DNA of 64,000 nucleotides from Bacteroidota bacterium. Lineage in GTDB: Bacteria; Bacteroidota; Bacteroidia; Sphingobacteriales; Sphingobacteriaceae. Below the pieces are notes generated by a model that saw only the letters and a program-made list of their open reading frames with translations, did not search any database and was not told the origin of the DNA. Position 1 is the stretch's first letter, and each line of letters opens with the position of its first letter. The stretch lies in NCBI GenBank assembly GCA_023450085.1, contig JAEXHI010000024.1:52906-116905 (forward strand), written 5' to 3'. Made by a program: the position numbers and the translations under genes. This document shows positions 40,810 to 51,373 of this stretch, one piece after another.

Positions 40810-43206
40810 TTATCTTATCTCTGCGTTAGCAGTTTGGGCTAAGTTAGCAATAATCTTTTGCATAATTGCATCGATCTGCTTATCGGTTAAAGTTTGCTCT
40901 TCGTCCTGTAAGGTGAAATTCAAAGCATATGATTTCTTTCCTTCAGGCAGCTTATCTCCTTGATAAACGTCAAATACCTGCACGTTTTTAACCAATTTAC
41001 GTTCAGCTTTGAAGGCAATGGTTTTCAATTGATCAAAAGTAGTAGCCTGATCTACCAAAAGCGATAAATCTCTTCTAACGGCAGGATATTTTGGCACTTC
41101 TTTATTGATGATCTTGTTTTTCTTCAGTGCATCCAATACAAAAGCCCAGTCGAAATCAGCATAGAAAATATCTTTGCTCAAACCGGCATTCTTTTTATCT
41201 GCATTGGTTACCGCACCAAAACTCACCAAGGTTTTATCACCTCTAAAGTATTTAAGACCATAAGCAAAATTTTCGTCACTAACTTCATCTGTTTGATAGT
41301 TAGCCAAACCTAAGCGGTTCACGATAGCATCTACCGCCGCTTTTAAGTTATAAAAAGTAGACGGTGTAGATTGTTGGTTCCATTGCTCGCCTTGTTTAGC
41401 ACCGCTTAACACTAGCAATAAACGTGGACGCTCTACATATTTTTCGTTAATGAGGTGATAAGTTTTACCGAATTCATAAAACTTAATATCTGCATTTTTA
41501 CGGTTAACGTTGTAGGCTACGCTTTCCAAAGCAGGTTGCAATAGGCTCTGGCGCATGGCATTTAAATCAGAACTTAACGGATTTAAAATTTGTACGGCTT
41601 CTGCCTCATTTTTTGAATTAGCTAAACGAGTCAGTGAATTACACCAAATTTCGATAAAGCCATTTGCGGTAAGCATATCAGCTACCAAGTTCTGAACATT
41701 CTCCTTGTTGGGCTTCACCGTATAAGCCAAAGAAGCGTTTACTTTAGTAGGAATATGAATATTATTATAACCATAAATACGAAGCACCTCTTCGGTAATA
41801 TCGCACTCACGGGTTACATCCACCTTATAGGCCGGTACTCGCAAATCTAACCCCTCGGCAGTTTCAGCAGCAATGGTGATGCCTAAAGCAGTAATAATTT
41901 CTTTAATTTCTGTAGTTGGGACATCTTGCCCAATTAAATCAATCACATTTTGGTATTGAATAGCCACTTCAAATGGGCTAGTCTTTACCGGATACAAATC
42001 AGAAATAGTCGACGAAATTTGTCCACCAGCAATTTCCTTAATCAACAATGCAGCACGTTTAAGCGCAAAAACTGTCATTTCTGGATCGGTTCCACGCTCA
42101 AAACGGAATGAAGCATCTGTTTTTAAGGCATGTCTTTTTGAAGTCTTACGTACCGAAACGGCATTAAAGTAAGCACTTTCTAAAAAGATGTTAGTGGTTT
42201 GTTCGGTCACACCCGAACCAATTCCACCAAATACACCTGCAATACACAAAGGTTTTTCGGCATCACAAATCATAAGGTCTTCTACAGAAAGCTTACGCTC
42301 CACATTATCTAACGTGATAAATGGTGTACCTTCTTCACATTTTTTAACGATGATTTTTTTGCCAGCAATTTGGTCGGCATCAAAAGCATGTAAAGGCTGT
42401 CCCAATTCATGCAATACATAATTGGTGGCATCCACAATATTATTAATTGGACGTAAGCCAATCACTTTTAACTTATCTTTTAACCAATCTGGAGATGGTT
42501 TCACCGTAACTCCGCTAATGCTTACACTGCTATAACGTGGACAAGCATCGGTAGCTTCCACTTCTACCGCAATATTTAAATTTTCATTTTCAACGGCAAA
42601 AGCATCTACATTTGGCAACTCGTAGCTCGTACGTAAATAGGCCGCTAAATCTCTAGCTACCCCCAAGTGAGAGGCTGCATCGGCACGATTTGGCGTTAAA
42701 CCAATTTCAAACAGATAATCATCCTCAACATTAAAGTACTTTTTTGCTTCAAGTCCCACAGGTGCATCTTCTGCAAGCACCATGATTCCTGCATGTGAGC
42801 CACCCAAACCAATTTCATCTTCGGCGCAAATCATCCCTTCAGATACTTCACCCCTAATTTTAGATTTATTGATTTTAAAAGGTTCGCCCTCGTTTGGATG
42901 CACGGTAGTACCCACAGTAGCAACTACCACTTTTTGTCCAGCTGCTACATTTGGCGCACCACAAACAATTTGTAATAGTTCTGGTCCGCCCACGTTTACT
43001 TTAGTTACACTTAATCTGTCGGCATTAGGATGCTGTGCACGCTCTTCAACATATCCAATCACCAAACCTTCCAGTCCACCAGGAATAGTTTGTACTTTCT
43101 CCAAACTTTCCACCTCCAAACCTACATTGGTAAGGATTAAAGAAATTTCCTGAGGGGTTTTATCAGTTTTAATAAGTTGTTTAAGCCAGCTATATGATAT
43201 TTTCAT
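40810..43206 (-). CDS. pheT: Phenylalanine-tRNA ligase beta subunit
   Basis: MKISYSWL, HPNADRL, IVCGAPNV, TPNRAD, RFERG, RRDLS. ATG at 43206. Confidence 0.98.
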   Translation of the reverse strand: MKISYSWLKQLIKTDKTPQEISLILTNVGLEVESLEKVQTIPGGLEGLVIGYVEERAQHPNADRLSVTKVNVGGPELLQIVCGAPNVAAGQKVVVATVGTTVHPNEGEPFKINKSKIRGEVSEGMICAEDEIGLGGSHAGIMVLAEDAPVGLEAKKYFNVEDDYLFEIGLTPNRADAASHLGVARDLAAYLRTSYELPNVDAFAVENENLNIAVEVEATDACPRYSSVSISGVTVKPSPDWLKDKLKVIGLRPINNIVDATNYVLHELGQPLHAFDADQIAGKKIIVKKCEEGTPFITLDNVERKLSVEDLMICDAEKPLCIAGVFGGIGSGVTEQTTNIFLESAYFNAVSVRKTSKRHALKTDASFRFERGTDPEMTVFALKRAALLIKEIAGGQISSTISDLYPVKTSPFEVAIQYQNVIDLIGQDVPTTEIKEIITALGITIAAETAEGLDLRVPAYKVDVTRECDITEEVLRIYGYNNIHIPTKVNASLAYTVKPNKENVQNLVADMLTANGFIEIWCNSLTRLANSKNEAEAVQILNPLSSDLNAMRQSLLQPALESVAYNVNRKNADIKFYEFGKTYHLINEKYVERPRLLLVLSGAKQGEQWNQQSTPSTFYNLKAAVDAIVNRLGLANYQTDEVSDENFAYGLKYFRGDKTLVSFGAVTNADKKNAGLSKDIFYADFDWAFVLDALKKNKIINKEVPKYPAVRRDLSLLVDQATTFDQLKTIAFKAERKLVKNVQVFDVYQGDKLPEGKKSYALNFTLQDEEQTLTDKQIDAIMQKIIANLAQTANAEIR

Positions 43207-43355
43207 TTTGGGGTATTTAGTATCGAGCATCAAGACATTGGTCAATGCCTTCACGTCTAAAAAATAAAACGCAAAGATATTATTTATAAAGCTAAAGGAG
43301 AAGGAATGAGGAATAAGACTTGCGAAGTTTAGCTTTTTTCAGACATCAAAACAGG

Positions 43356-44189
43356 TTAAAAAAATAATTTTGCAAAAACAGGCAAGTGATCTGAAAAATA
43401 ACGTTGCTCTTTACTGTCTGTAATTACCCCATATTTCTGTACTTTGAAACCTTTATTGACAAAGATATAGTCGATTCTATCTTTCAAAGGACTATCAAAT
43501 TTGAAACCGTTAAAAGTTCCTTCTGGACCATAGGGTGTCTCTATACTCACTTCTTTACTATCACTCAAAAATGATTTAATAGTAGCAATGGCATCGGTCT
43601 CGGGTGTTACGTTTAAATCTCCGGTATAAACCACAGGAAGTTTCGGTGCAATTTCTTGTATTTTTTGTTTAATCAGCTTGGCCGATTCTATTCTTGCCTG
43701 CACACCAACGTGGTCATAATGGGTATTAAAAACCAAGAATTCCTTTTTATTGATTTTATCGTACAAACGCACCCAGGTGCACACTCGGTTAAACATGGCG
43801 TCCCAACCTATACTTGGCACATTTGGCGTTGGCGACAGCCAAAATACCCCACCATCTTTTTTCGTGAACCTATTTTTATTATAGAAAATAGGCGAAAATT
43901 CACCCTTACGTTGCCCATCATCACGACCAGCACCAACGGCTTCAAAATCAGAATTTTCTAAAATGGCATCAAATTGTTCAGCCAATGCTTCTTGAGCACA
44001 AAGAACATCTACTTCATGAAACTTCACCAATGCTTTCACATTATCCTTTCTTTTGCTCCAAGCATTTACTCCGTCTTTCTCTGTACTGTACCTGATATTA
44101 TAGGTCATTATGTTTAAAGCAGTATTTTTTTGTGCATTTAACTGAACACTCAGGAGTGCCAACAATACCATCGTTAAAATTTGTTTCAT
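43356..44189 (-). CDS. Exported endonuclease/exonuclease/phosphatase (EEP) family protein
   Basis: Signal peptide; MTYNIR, QE, NTHYDH, GDLN, RIDYIF and SDHLPV motifs. Confidence 0.92.
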   Translation of the reverse strand: MKQILTMVLLALLSVQLNAQKNTALNIMTYNIRYSTEKDGVNAWSKRKDNVKALVKFHEVDVLCAQEALAEQFDAILENSDFEAVGAGRDDGQRKGEFSPIFYNKNRFTKKDGGVFWLSPTPNVPSIGWDAMFNRVCTWVRLYDKINKKEFLVFNTHYDHVGVQARIESAKLIKQKIQEIAPKLPVVYTGDLNVTPETDAIATIKSFLSDSKEVSIETPYGPEGTFNGFKFDSPLKDRIDYIFVNKGFKVQKYGVITDSKEQRYFSDHLPVFAKLFF

Positions 44190-44209
44190 TTGTATCTTAG
44201 ATTTACAAC

Positions 44210-44254
44210 CAAAGCTAAAAATTCAAATTCTATATTAGGTTAAACTTATATTAA
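44210..44254 (-). promoter_or_regulatory. -7 element plus two 11-bp-spaced boxes upstream of EEP gene
   Basis: TAGCTTTG at 44210-44217 (minus); GTTAA at 44239 and ATTAA at 44250. Confidence 0.5.
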
Positions 44255-44279
44255 AAAGTTAAAAGCTTTACAATTATCG

Positions 44280-44981
44280 TTAGATATATCCCTCATCGGC
44301 CAAACTCAAGAAACTATTATTACAAACAATCACATGATCAAAAATTTTAATCTCCATTAGCACCCCCAATTCCACCAGTTTCCTGGTGATATCTACATCA
44401 GAAGCACTGGGCTTTAAGTTGCCCGACGGATGGTTATGTGCCAAAACCATAGAAGCCGCACCGTGCTCTATCGCAATTTTAAAAATCATTTTTGGATCCA
44501 CTACCGTACCAGCTTGCCCTCCTTTACTCATAAGGTGTTTTCCAATTACTACGTTAGCCCGATTGAGCAACAACAACCAAAATTCTTCGTGTGGCAAATC
44601 GGCCAATTCAGTTTTGATGATGTTAAAGGCATCAATAGAAGAAAGGATTTTCTGTACCTCTACGCTGTTACCAGAGCCGTTTCGTCTTCGACCAAGTTCT
44701 AAAGCAGCTACGATAGTAATGGCTTTTGCCTCACCAATGCCCTTGAATCTTGAAAGCTCCTTCACTCCTAGCTGAGAAAGCTTGTCGAGGTCATTTTGAC
44801 AGGAAGACAAAATACGCTTGCTAAGGTCAACAGCCGTTTCGTTTTTATTTCCCGAACCTATTAAGATGGCAATCAATTCTGCATCGGTAAGCTGCCTTCG
44901 CCCCTGTTGCAATAATTTTTCACGTGGCCTATCGGCTTCAGCCCAAGATTTAATGCCGAGTTTGTTTTCATAGTTAGACAT
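44280..44981 (-). CDS. radC: RadC / JAB-domain protein
   Basis: RPREKL, HhH motif KGIGEAKA, HNHPSG..PS.SD and DH. ATG at 44981. Confidence 0.93.
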   Translation of the reverse strand: MSNYENKLGIKSWAEADRPREKLLQQGRRQLTDAELIAILIGSGNKNETAVDLSKRILSSCQNDLDKLSQLGVKELSRFKGIGEAKAITIVAALELGRRRNGSGNSVEVQKILSSIDAFNIIKTELADLPHEEFWLLLLNRANVVIGKHLMSKGGQAGTVVDPKMIFKIAIEHGAASMVLAHNHPSGNLKPSASDVDITRKLVELGVLMEIKIFDHVIVCNNSFLSLADEGYI

Positions 44982-45001
44982 AGATAGAAAATTATAGGCA
45001 C

Positions 45002-45034
45002 AAAAAAACGGCATCATCTTACGATGATACCGTT
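45002..45034 (-). terminator. rpsT terminator
   Basis: Minus strand AACGGTATCATC-gtaa-GATGATGCCGTT-TTTTT. Confidence 0.8.
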
Positions 45035-45056
45035 CTAATATCGTTTAAAAAAGCGA

Positions 45057-45311
45057 TTATTTCAAGTTGTTAACGAACTTGGTTAATTTTGCTTTATTGT
45101 TTGAAGCTTTGTTTTTGTGGATTACGTTCTTTTTAGCTAAACGATCTAACATTGAAATTACTTTAGGAAGCAATTCCAACCCTGTTTTTTTATCTTCAGC
45201 AGCACGCAATCTTTTAATGAAAGTACGTGTAGTTTTAGCTTGATATCTATTACGTAAACGTTTTGCAGCGTTTGCTCTAATTCTTTTTAATGCCGATTTA
45301 TGATTTGCCAT
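45057..45311 (-). CDS. rpsT: 30S ribosomal protein bS20
   Basis: MANHKSALKRIR and IHKNKA. -7 element TATATTTG at 45353-45360. Confidence 0.98.
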   Translation of the reverse strand: MANHKSALKRIRANAAKRLRNRYQAKTTRTFIKRLRAAEDKKTGLELLPKVISMLDRLAKKNVIHKNKASNNKAKLTKFVNNLK

Positions 45312-45544
45312 TGTTTAGCCTTTTATTTCTTCTCTGTTTTATTTTCGGACTGCAAATATAGAAGTATTATTTTTAAATACAAAATGGTTTTGAAAAATAT
45401 TTTATTCTAATCATAACCAGAAGAAATGATTGAGTTTTAAACTTTTGCATCTTCGGCCTGTTTTGAGAATAAATTTAGTTTTTTGGCACAAAATTAGTGC
45501 AAAAAGCATCAAAGTATTATTTTTGAAAAAAACATAAAAATCTA

Positions 45545-46123
45545 GTGAAGAAACGTATCGCCATTTTTGCTTCAGGTTCAGGATCAAATGCTCAAAAAAT
45601 CATGGAGCATTTTAAACGTAGTACAGAGGCAGAAGTTGCCTTGATTTTGACCAACAATCCAGAATCATACGTACTACAACGGGCCGACAGCTTTGAAATA
45701 CCCTCTCACATTTTCGACAGAAATGAGTTTTACCACACAGATGAGGTGGTTGATTTATTGAAAAACTTAGATGTAGACCTTATTGTGTTGGCTGGCTTTT
45801 TATGGCTTATCCCTCAGAACCTGATCAAGGAATACCCAGGTAGAATTATTAATATACACCCTGCCCTATTGCCAAAATTTGGTGGCAAAGGAATGTATGG
45901 CGACCGTGTTCACCAAGCGGTGATGGCGGCCAACGAAACAGAAGGCGGAATTACCATCCATTATGTAAATGAGCATTACGATGAGGGAGAATTTATTTAC
46001 CAAGCGAAATACCGCGTTGAAAAGGACGACACTTTAGAAATGATCAAATTTAAGGGACAGCAACTGGAACACCTTCACTATCCTCGCATTGTAGAAATGT
46101 TGATCAGGAAGATAAAGAAGTAA
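45545..46123 (+). CDS. purN: Phosphoribosylglycinamide formyltransferase (GTG start)
   Basis: FASGSGSN, LAGF, INIHPALLP, GITIHYV, DEG. Confidence 0.96.
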   Translation: MKKRIAIFASGSGSNAQKIMEHFKRSTEAEVALILTNNPESYVLQRADSFEIPSHIFDRNEFYHTDEVVDLLKNLDVDLIVLAGFLWLIPQNLIKEYPGRIINIHPALLPKFGGKGMYGDRVHQAVMAANETEGGITIHYVNEHYDEGEFIYQAKYRVEKDDTLEMIKFKGQQLEHLHYPRIVEMLIRKIKK

Positions 46124-46400
46124 CTAGGAACTAGTGGCTAGGGACTAGTGGTTAGTGACCTAGGAATTAGGAGCTAGGAATTAGTGATTAGTAAGCAGAA
46201 ACCGATGATTGAGTGCTTTGGGGATTTATAATTTCCAAAAAACAAAACAACTAGTAGTTACGGATTAGTGGCTAGGAACCAGAGATTAGGCACTCTCAGA
46301 CCTTACAATTTCCAAATAAAAAAACGAAATAACTAGGACCCAGTGACTAGAGGGAACTCTTTCGGACTCGTTAACTTACCGACTTTCGGACGTACTAGCT
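46124..46400 (+). repeat. YTAG-core heptamer tandem repeats between purN and purH
   Basis: CTAGGAA CTAGTGG CTAGGGA CTAGTGG TTAGTGA ... TTAGGAG CTAGGAA TTAGTGA TTAGTAA, with further blocks near 46250-46290 and 46333-46350. Confidence 0.8.
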
Positions 46401-46492
46401 CACGGGCTTTCCTTTTTATTTATTTATCCCTATTGCCTTTGTAAAATCATGATGGTTTTCATACCTTTGCGGCTCAAAACAATACCCTCAAA

Positions 46493-48019
46493 ATGAGCCA
46501 ATCAGTAAAGATCAAAAACGCCTTAATTTCAGTTTATTACAAAGATGGTTTAGCGCCATTAGTAGAGTACCTTGGGAAGCAAGGTGTAACCTTATTTTCT
46601 ACCGGTGGAACCGAGCAGTTTATTAAAGACTTAAACGTCCCTGTTACTGCTGTAGAAAATTTAACTAGCTATCCTTCTATTTTAGGTGGACGTGTGAAGA
46701 CTTTACATCCTAAAGTTTTTGGGGGCATCTTAAATCGCAGGAACCTTGCGGGTGATCAGGAGCAAATTGCTCAGTACGAAATTCCAGAAATTGATTTGGT
46801 AATCGTAGATCTTTATCCTTTTGAGGAAACCGTAAAAAACGGCGGTACTGATGAAGAGATTATTGAGAAGATTGATATTGGCGGTATTTCTTTAATTAGA
46901 GCAGCAGCTAAAAACTTCAATGATGTAGTGATTATTGCTTCGAAAGATGACTACTCGACCTTATTAACACAATTAGAGGAGCAAGATGGTGCTACTACTT
47001 TAGCGCAACGTAAAGCTTTTGCTAAAAAGGCATTCCATACTTCTTCACACTATGATACGGCTATCTTCAACTATTTCAATAACGAAGAGCCTTTAAACGT
47101 ATTTAAACAAAGTATTGCAAGTGCACAAACTTTACGTTATGGTGAAAACCCTCATCAAGCAGGCGTGTTTTACGGCGACCTGAATGAAATGTTCACCAAG
47201 CTTAACGGTAAAGAACTAAGCTACAACAACTTGGTTGACGTTGATGCAGCAGTAAGCTTAATTGATGAATTTGAGGAGCCTACTTTTGCCATCTTGAAAC
47301 ATACTAACGCTTGTGGTGTAGCTTCAAGAAGCAATATTAAGCAGGCTTGGGTTGATGCTTTAGCTTGCGACCCAGTTTCGGCTTTCGGTGGTGTTTTGAT
47401 TGCTAATAGAGAAATTGACTTGGCGACTGCAGAAGAAATCAACAACTTGTTTTTTGAAGTATTAATTGCGCCTAGCTATGAGCAGGCTGCTGTAGACTTA
47501 TTTAAGACTAAGAAAAACCGCGTGATTTTGAAACGCAATTACGTAGAATTGAACAAAAAGCAATTCAAAACTTTATTGAACGGCGTAATTGAGCAAGACA
47601 AAGATTTGATTATTGAAGGTCCTGAGCAAATGACTACCGTAACTGAAAAAGCTCCAACTTCTCAAGAGCTAAAAGACTTATATTTCGCTAATAAGATTGT
47701 AAAGCACACTAAATCTAACACGATTGTGTTGGTTAAAGATGATGTTTTAATTGCTAGTGGCGTTGGTCAAACTTCTAGGGTTGATGCTTTAAGACAGGCT
47801 ATTGAAAAAGCTGCTTCTTTTGGCTTTAGCGTTAAAGGTGCTGCGATGGCTTCAGATGCGTTTTTCCCTTTCCCTGATTGTGTGGAAATTGCTGCTGACG
47901 CTGGCATTGCTGCTGTTTTACAACCTGGAGGCTCTATTAAAGATGCTGATTCTGTAGCGAAAGCTAATGAAAAAGGCATTGCCATGGTAACTACTGGGGT
48001 AAGACATTTTAAGCACTAG
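46493..48019 (+). CDS. purH: Bifunctional AICAR transformylase / IMP cyclohydrolase
   Basis: [36 protein letters not shown]. -7 element TACCTTTG at 46462-46469. Confidence 0.98.
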   Translation: MSQSVKIKNALISVYYKDGLAPLVEYLGKQGVTLFSTGGTEQFIKDLNVPVTAVENLTSYPSILGGRVKTLHPKVFGGILNRRNLAGDQEQIAQYEIPEIDLVIVDLYPFEETVKNGGTDEEIIEKIDIGGISLIRAAAKNFNDVVIIASKDDYSTLLTQLEEQDGATTLAQRKAFAKKAFHTSSHYDTAIFNYFNNEEPLNVFKQSIASAQTLRYGENPHQAGVFYGDLNEMFTKLNGKELSYNNLVDVDAAVSLIDEFEEPTFAILKHTNACGVASRSNIKQAWVDALACDPVSAFGGVLIANREIDLATAEEINNLFFEVLIAPSYEQAAVDLFKTKKNRVILKRNYVELNKKQFKTLLNGVIEQDKDLIIEGPEQMTTVTEKAPTSQELKDLYFANKIVKHTKSNTIVLVKDDVLIASGVGQTSRVDALRQAIEKAASFGFSVKGAAMASDAFFPFPDCVEIAADAGIAAVLQPGGSIKDADSVAKANEKGIAMVTTGVRHFKH

Positions 48020-48112
48020 TTTAGGAGCTAGGGGTTAGTCTTGAAGATTAAGGAGTAAGGAAAATCATTTTCGCACCTAAATCTTTTTCTCCCTTGGAAG
48101 ATACCGAAAGAC

Positions 48113-48442
48113 CTGTCATCTAGAGCGCGACGAAGGATCTAATGATGAACACTATCTAAAATAGATTTCTCGAAACTCGGAATGACAGTAGGAAATACTA
48201 AAGAAACTATAAATTAAACCACTCACCATTCCCTTTTTGAGGGATAGAGTGGTTTAGCTTTTAAAGCCTGAGTTAATTGTAAAGGCTTTAGTAAAATAAA
48301 CCCGATTGAAGCGGAATATTTTTTTGACTGGGGTTCATATACCTGTCATGCTGAGTTTATCGAGGCATGTGCAACCGATGAAAAATCCTTCGACAAGCTC
48401 AGGATGACAAAGGTTCTCAAAAATATTAGAGCGTAAAGCGGG
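48113..48442. repeat. Mosaic of palindromic repeats between purH and mreB
   Basis: CTGTCAT...ATGACAG at 48113-48188. CCCGATTGAAGCG...GCGTAAAGCGGG at 48301-48442 encloses TGTCATGCTGAG...CTCAGGATGACA at 48344-48409. Confidence 0.75.
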
Positions 48443-48572
48443 ACTACCTTTGAAAAGTACCACTGGTTTTGATTTTCGGACAGAAAAAAGAAACTTAATA
48501 TAATATTTTGTCTAATTTTACATTTAGGATATTAGACATATTTGTTTTTAAATACAATAACATACCTCATAC

Positions 48573-49595
48573 ATGGGATTATTTAATTGGTTTACGCAGG
48601 AAGTTGCCATTGACCTTGGTACCGCGAACACCCTTATTATACATAACGATAAAGTAGTAGTTGACGAGCCATCGATTGTGGCTTTTGATAGACAAACCAA
48701 TAAAATTATCGCCATTGGTCGCCAAGCGATGCAAATGGAAGGTAAAACCCACGATAACATTAGAACCGTAAGACCTTTGAAAGATGGTGTAATTGCAGAT
48801 TTCAATGCTGCTGAAGCCATGATTAAAGGAATGATCCGCATGCTAAACGGCGGTAAAGGATGGATGTTCCCTTCTTTAAGAATGGTGATCTGTATTCCTT
48901 CGGGGATTACAGAGGTAGAGAAACGTGCGGTAAGAGATAGTGCCGAAATTGCAGGGGCTAAAGAAGTTTACTTGATCCACGAACCAATGGCTGCTGCTGT
49001 GGGTATTGGTATTGACGTGGAAGAACCGATGGGTAATATGATTATCGATATTGGTGGTGGTACTACTGAAATTGCGGTAATTGCTTTGTCGGGTATTGTG
49101 TGCGACCAATCTATTCGTGTAGCGGGTGATAACTTTGACTCGGATATTGTGAACTACATCCGTCGTCAGCATAACATTATGATTGGTGACCGTACGGCAG
49201 AAAAAATCAAAATTGAAGTAGGTGCGGCATTGCCTGAGTTGAGCGATCCTCCTGCTGATTTTGCTGTTCAAGGTCGTGATTTAATGACTGGTGTACCTAA
49301 ACAAATTACAGTTTCTTATACTGAAATTGCACACTGTTTAGATAAATCTATCTCGAAAATTGAAGAGGCAATTTTGAAAGCATTGGAGATCACTCCTCCT
49401 GAGCTTTCGGCAGATATTTACCAAACTGGTATTTACCTTACTGGTGGTGGTGCGTTGCTACGCGGTTTAGATAAACGTGTGGCTGCTAAAACTAAATTAC
49501 CTGTACACGTTGCTGAAGATCCTCTTCGTGCCGTAGTACGTGGTACTGGCATTGCCCTGAAAAACATTGGTAATTTTAAATTTTTAATGCAATAA
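48573..49595 (+). CDS. mreB: Rod shape-determining protein MreB
   Basis: IDLGTANT, RPLKDGVIADF, DIGGGTTE, LTGGGALL. Confidence 0.99.
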   Translation: MGLFNWFTQEVAIDLGTANTLIIHNDKVVVDEPSIVAFDRQTNKIIAIGRQAMQMEGKTHDNIRTVRPLKDGVIADFNAAEAMIKGMIRMLNGGKGWMFPSLRMVICIPSGITEVEKRAVRDSAEIAGAKEVYLIHEPMAAAVGIGIDVEEPMGNMIIDIGGGTTEIAVIALSGIVCDQSIRVAGDNFDSDIVNYIRRQHNIMIGDRTAEKIKIEVGAALPELSDPPADFAVQGRDLMTGVPKQITVSYTEIAHCLDKSISKIEEAILKALEITPPELSADIYQTGIYLTGGGALLRGLDKRVAAKTKLPVHVAEDPLRAVVRGTGIALKNIGNFKFLMQ

Positions 49596-49638
49596 GGGGA
49601 TTTACGTCCCGAAAGTATCGGGATTAAATTTACGATTG

Positions 49639-50007
49639 ATGAATAGCGAAATCCTAAAAGCGAGAACTAAAGCATATTCAATATCGATTGGCAAATTAAT
49701 CATCGACCTCCCTCCTAATGTATTAAATAAAAATTATTCGAATCAGTTAGTTAGATGCTCAAGTTCTGTTGGCGCAAATTATAGAGCAGCCTGCAGAGCA
49801 AAATCGACAGCTGATTTTTTGAATAAACTAAAAATTGTTGAAGAAGAACTAGATGAAACGATATTCTTTCTTGAATTGTTACTAGAATTTAATCCTAATT
49901 TAAAAGTAACCATTCAGAAAAATTGGGATGAAGCAAGTGAGCTTCTAGCGATTATTGTTGCTTCTATTGTTACTATTCGCAAGAACGAACAAAATCGTAA
50001 ATTGTAA
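49639..50007 (+). CDS. Four-helix-bundle protein (23S rRNA IVS protein / Avd-like family)
   Basis: QLVRCSSSVGANYRAACRAKSTADFLNKLKIVEEELDET.F.LELL signature. ATG at 49639. Confidence 0.9.
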   Translation: MNSEILKARTKAYSISIGKLIIDLPPNVLNKNYSNQLVRCSSSVGANYRAACRAKSTADFLNKLKIVEEELDETIFFLELLLEFNPNLKVTIQKNWDEASELLAIIVASIVTIRKNEQNRKL

Positions 50008-50028
50008 TTCTAAAATCGTAAATTAAAA

Positions 50029-50868
50029 ATGCGTAACCTTTGGATTTTTCTTAGCAGATATAACGCATTTTTCTTCTTTATTATCTTTTTTACCGTTGGG
50101 ATTATCTTAACCATTAGGAATAATTCCTACCAACGAAGCGTTACTTTTGGCTCAACCAATGAAATTGTTGGCACCGCTTATAAAAGGCTAAATGTAATTA
50201 AGCGCTATTTGAACTTGGTGCAGGTGAATGACAGCTTGGCTGCCGAAAACGCGGCTTTAAAAACGCAGTTGCTTGGCCTTGCCAGTATAGACAGTACACA
50301 AATCACGAAAGTAAAAGATACGGTTAATCATCAGCAATACACGCTAATTGCGGCTAAAGTATTTAAAAACTCCGTAACACTAACCAATAACATCCTTACC
50401 ATCAACAAAGGTTCGAAAGATGGTATTGCGAAGGATATGGCGGTTATTTCTCCAGGCAAAGGCGTAGTAGGTTTTGTACAAAATGTATCTGAGAATTTTG
50501 CCACCATTCGTCCGTTGCTCAATCAGGAAACAGCGATTAGTGTGGTACTCAAAAAAGACAACGCTTTTGGCAGCTTGGTTTGGGGCGACAATAATTTCGA
50601 CTACCGCAAGGCTTATGTTAAAGAAATTCCTAATCATTATAAAGTAAAAGTTGGCGATACAATCATTACTTCGGGTTCTGGTGGTTTCCCTAGAGGAATA
50701 GAAGTTGGTAAAGTAACTAATACCAATGTGAGTACGGGCGATAGCTTTATGACCTTGGAAATTACATTGTTTAATAATTTTAGCACGTTACAATTTGTTT
50801 ACGTGGTTAAGGATAAATTTGCGGAGGAAGTAAAATCTCTGCAACCAGAAGTTAAAAATGAACAGTAG
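50029..50868 (+). CDS. mreC: Rod shape-determining protein MreC
   Basis: TM plus coiled coil (LAAENAALK), TINKGSKDGI, GDTIITSG, FPRGIEVG. Confidence 0.95.
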   Translation: MRNLWIFLSRYNAFFFFIIFFTVGIILTIRNNSYQRSVTFGSTNEIVGTAYKRLNVIKRYLNLVQVNDSLAAENAALKTQLLGLASIDSTQITKVKDTVNHQQYTLIAAKVFKNSVTLTNNILTINKGSKDGIAKDMAVISPGKGVVGFVQNVSENFATIRPLLNQETAISVVLKKDNAFGSLVWGDNNFDYRKAYVKEIPNHYKVKVGDTIITSGSGGFPRGIEVGKVTNTNVSTGDSFMTLEITLFNNFSTLQFVYVVKDKFAEEVKSLQPEVKNEQ

Positions 50869-51373
50869 AGTTATACTAGTCAATATATTTAGATGGATGG
50901 TGCTGTTGTTTATACAGATTTTTCTGTTGCGCAACATGGCCTTTTACAATCTGTCTACCCCCTTTATTTATGTACTGTTCATTTTGGTATTGCCTTTTCA
51001 CATTCCAAACTTGCTACTGTATGTGATTGCTTTTATTACAGGCTTAACACTCGACTCGTTTTACGATACTTTGGGTGTACACACCAGTGCTTGTATTGCT
51101 TTGGCTTTTGTAAGGATACTTTTTATTTCTGTGAGTTTAAACAGAGAATCTATCGATGAACCTGAGCCTTCTTTGGGAAATATGGGCTTTAGGTGGTTTT
51201 CTTTATATGCGGTATTGTGTATTTTTGCTCATCATGTCGTGTTGTTTTTCCTAGAAGCTTTTAAATTTACATCACTAACTTATACTTTGGGAAGAACTTT
51301 ATTGAGCGTGGTATTTACACTATTTACCGTGTTATTGGTTGAGTTTATCTTCCACAATAGAAAATCGGCTTAA
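50858..51373 (+). CDS. mreD: Rod shape-determining protein MreD
   Basis: Hydrophobic protein with GLTLDSF...G.H; lies between mreC and mrdA. Confidence 0.88.
   Translation: MNSRVILVNIFRWMVLLFIQIFLLRNMAFYNLSTPFIYVLFILVLPFHIPNLLLYVIAFITGLTLDSFYDTLGVHTSACIALAFVRILFISVSLNRESIDEPEPSLGNMGFRWFSLYAVLCIFAHHVVLFFLEAFKFTSLTYTLGRTLLSVVFTLFTVLLVEFIFHNRKSA

Noticed and set aside
44280..44981. Mobile-element RadC
   Set aside because: Full-length chromosomal type with N-terminal and HhH regions, located beside rpsT.
49639..50007. Diversity-generating retroelement
   Set aside because: Only an Avd-like fold is present. There is no reverse transcriptase and no TR/VR pair with adenine-specific mismatches in the window; the 67-bp repeat mismatches are not A-restricted.
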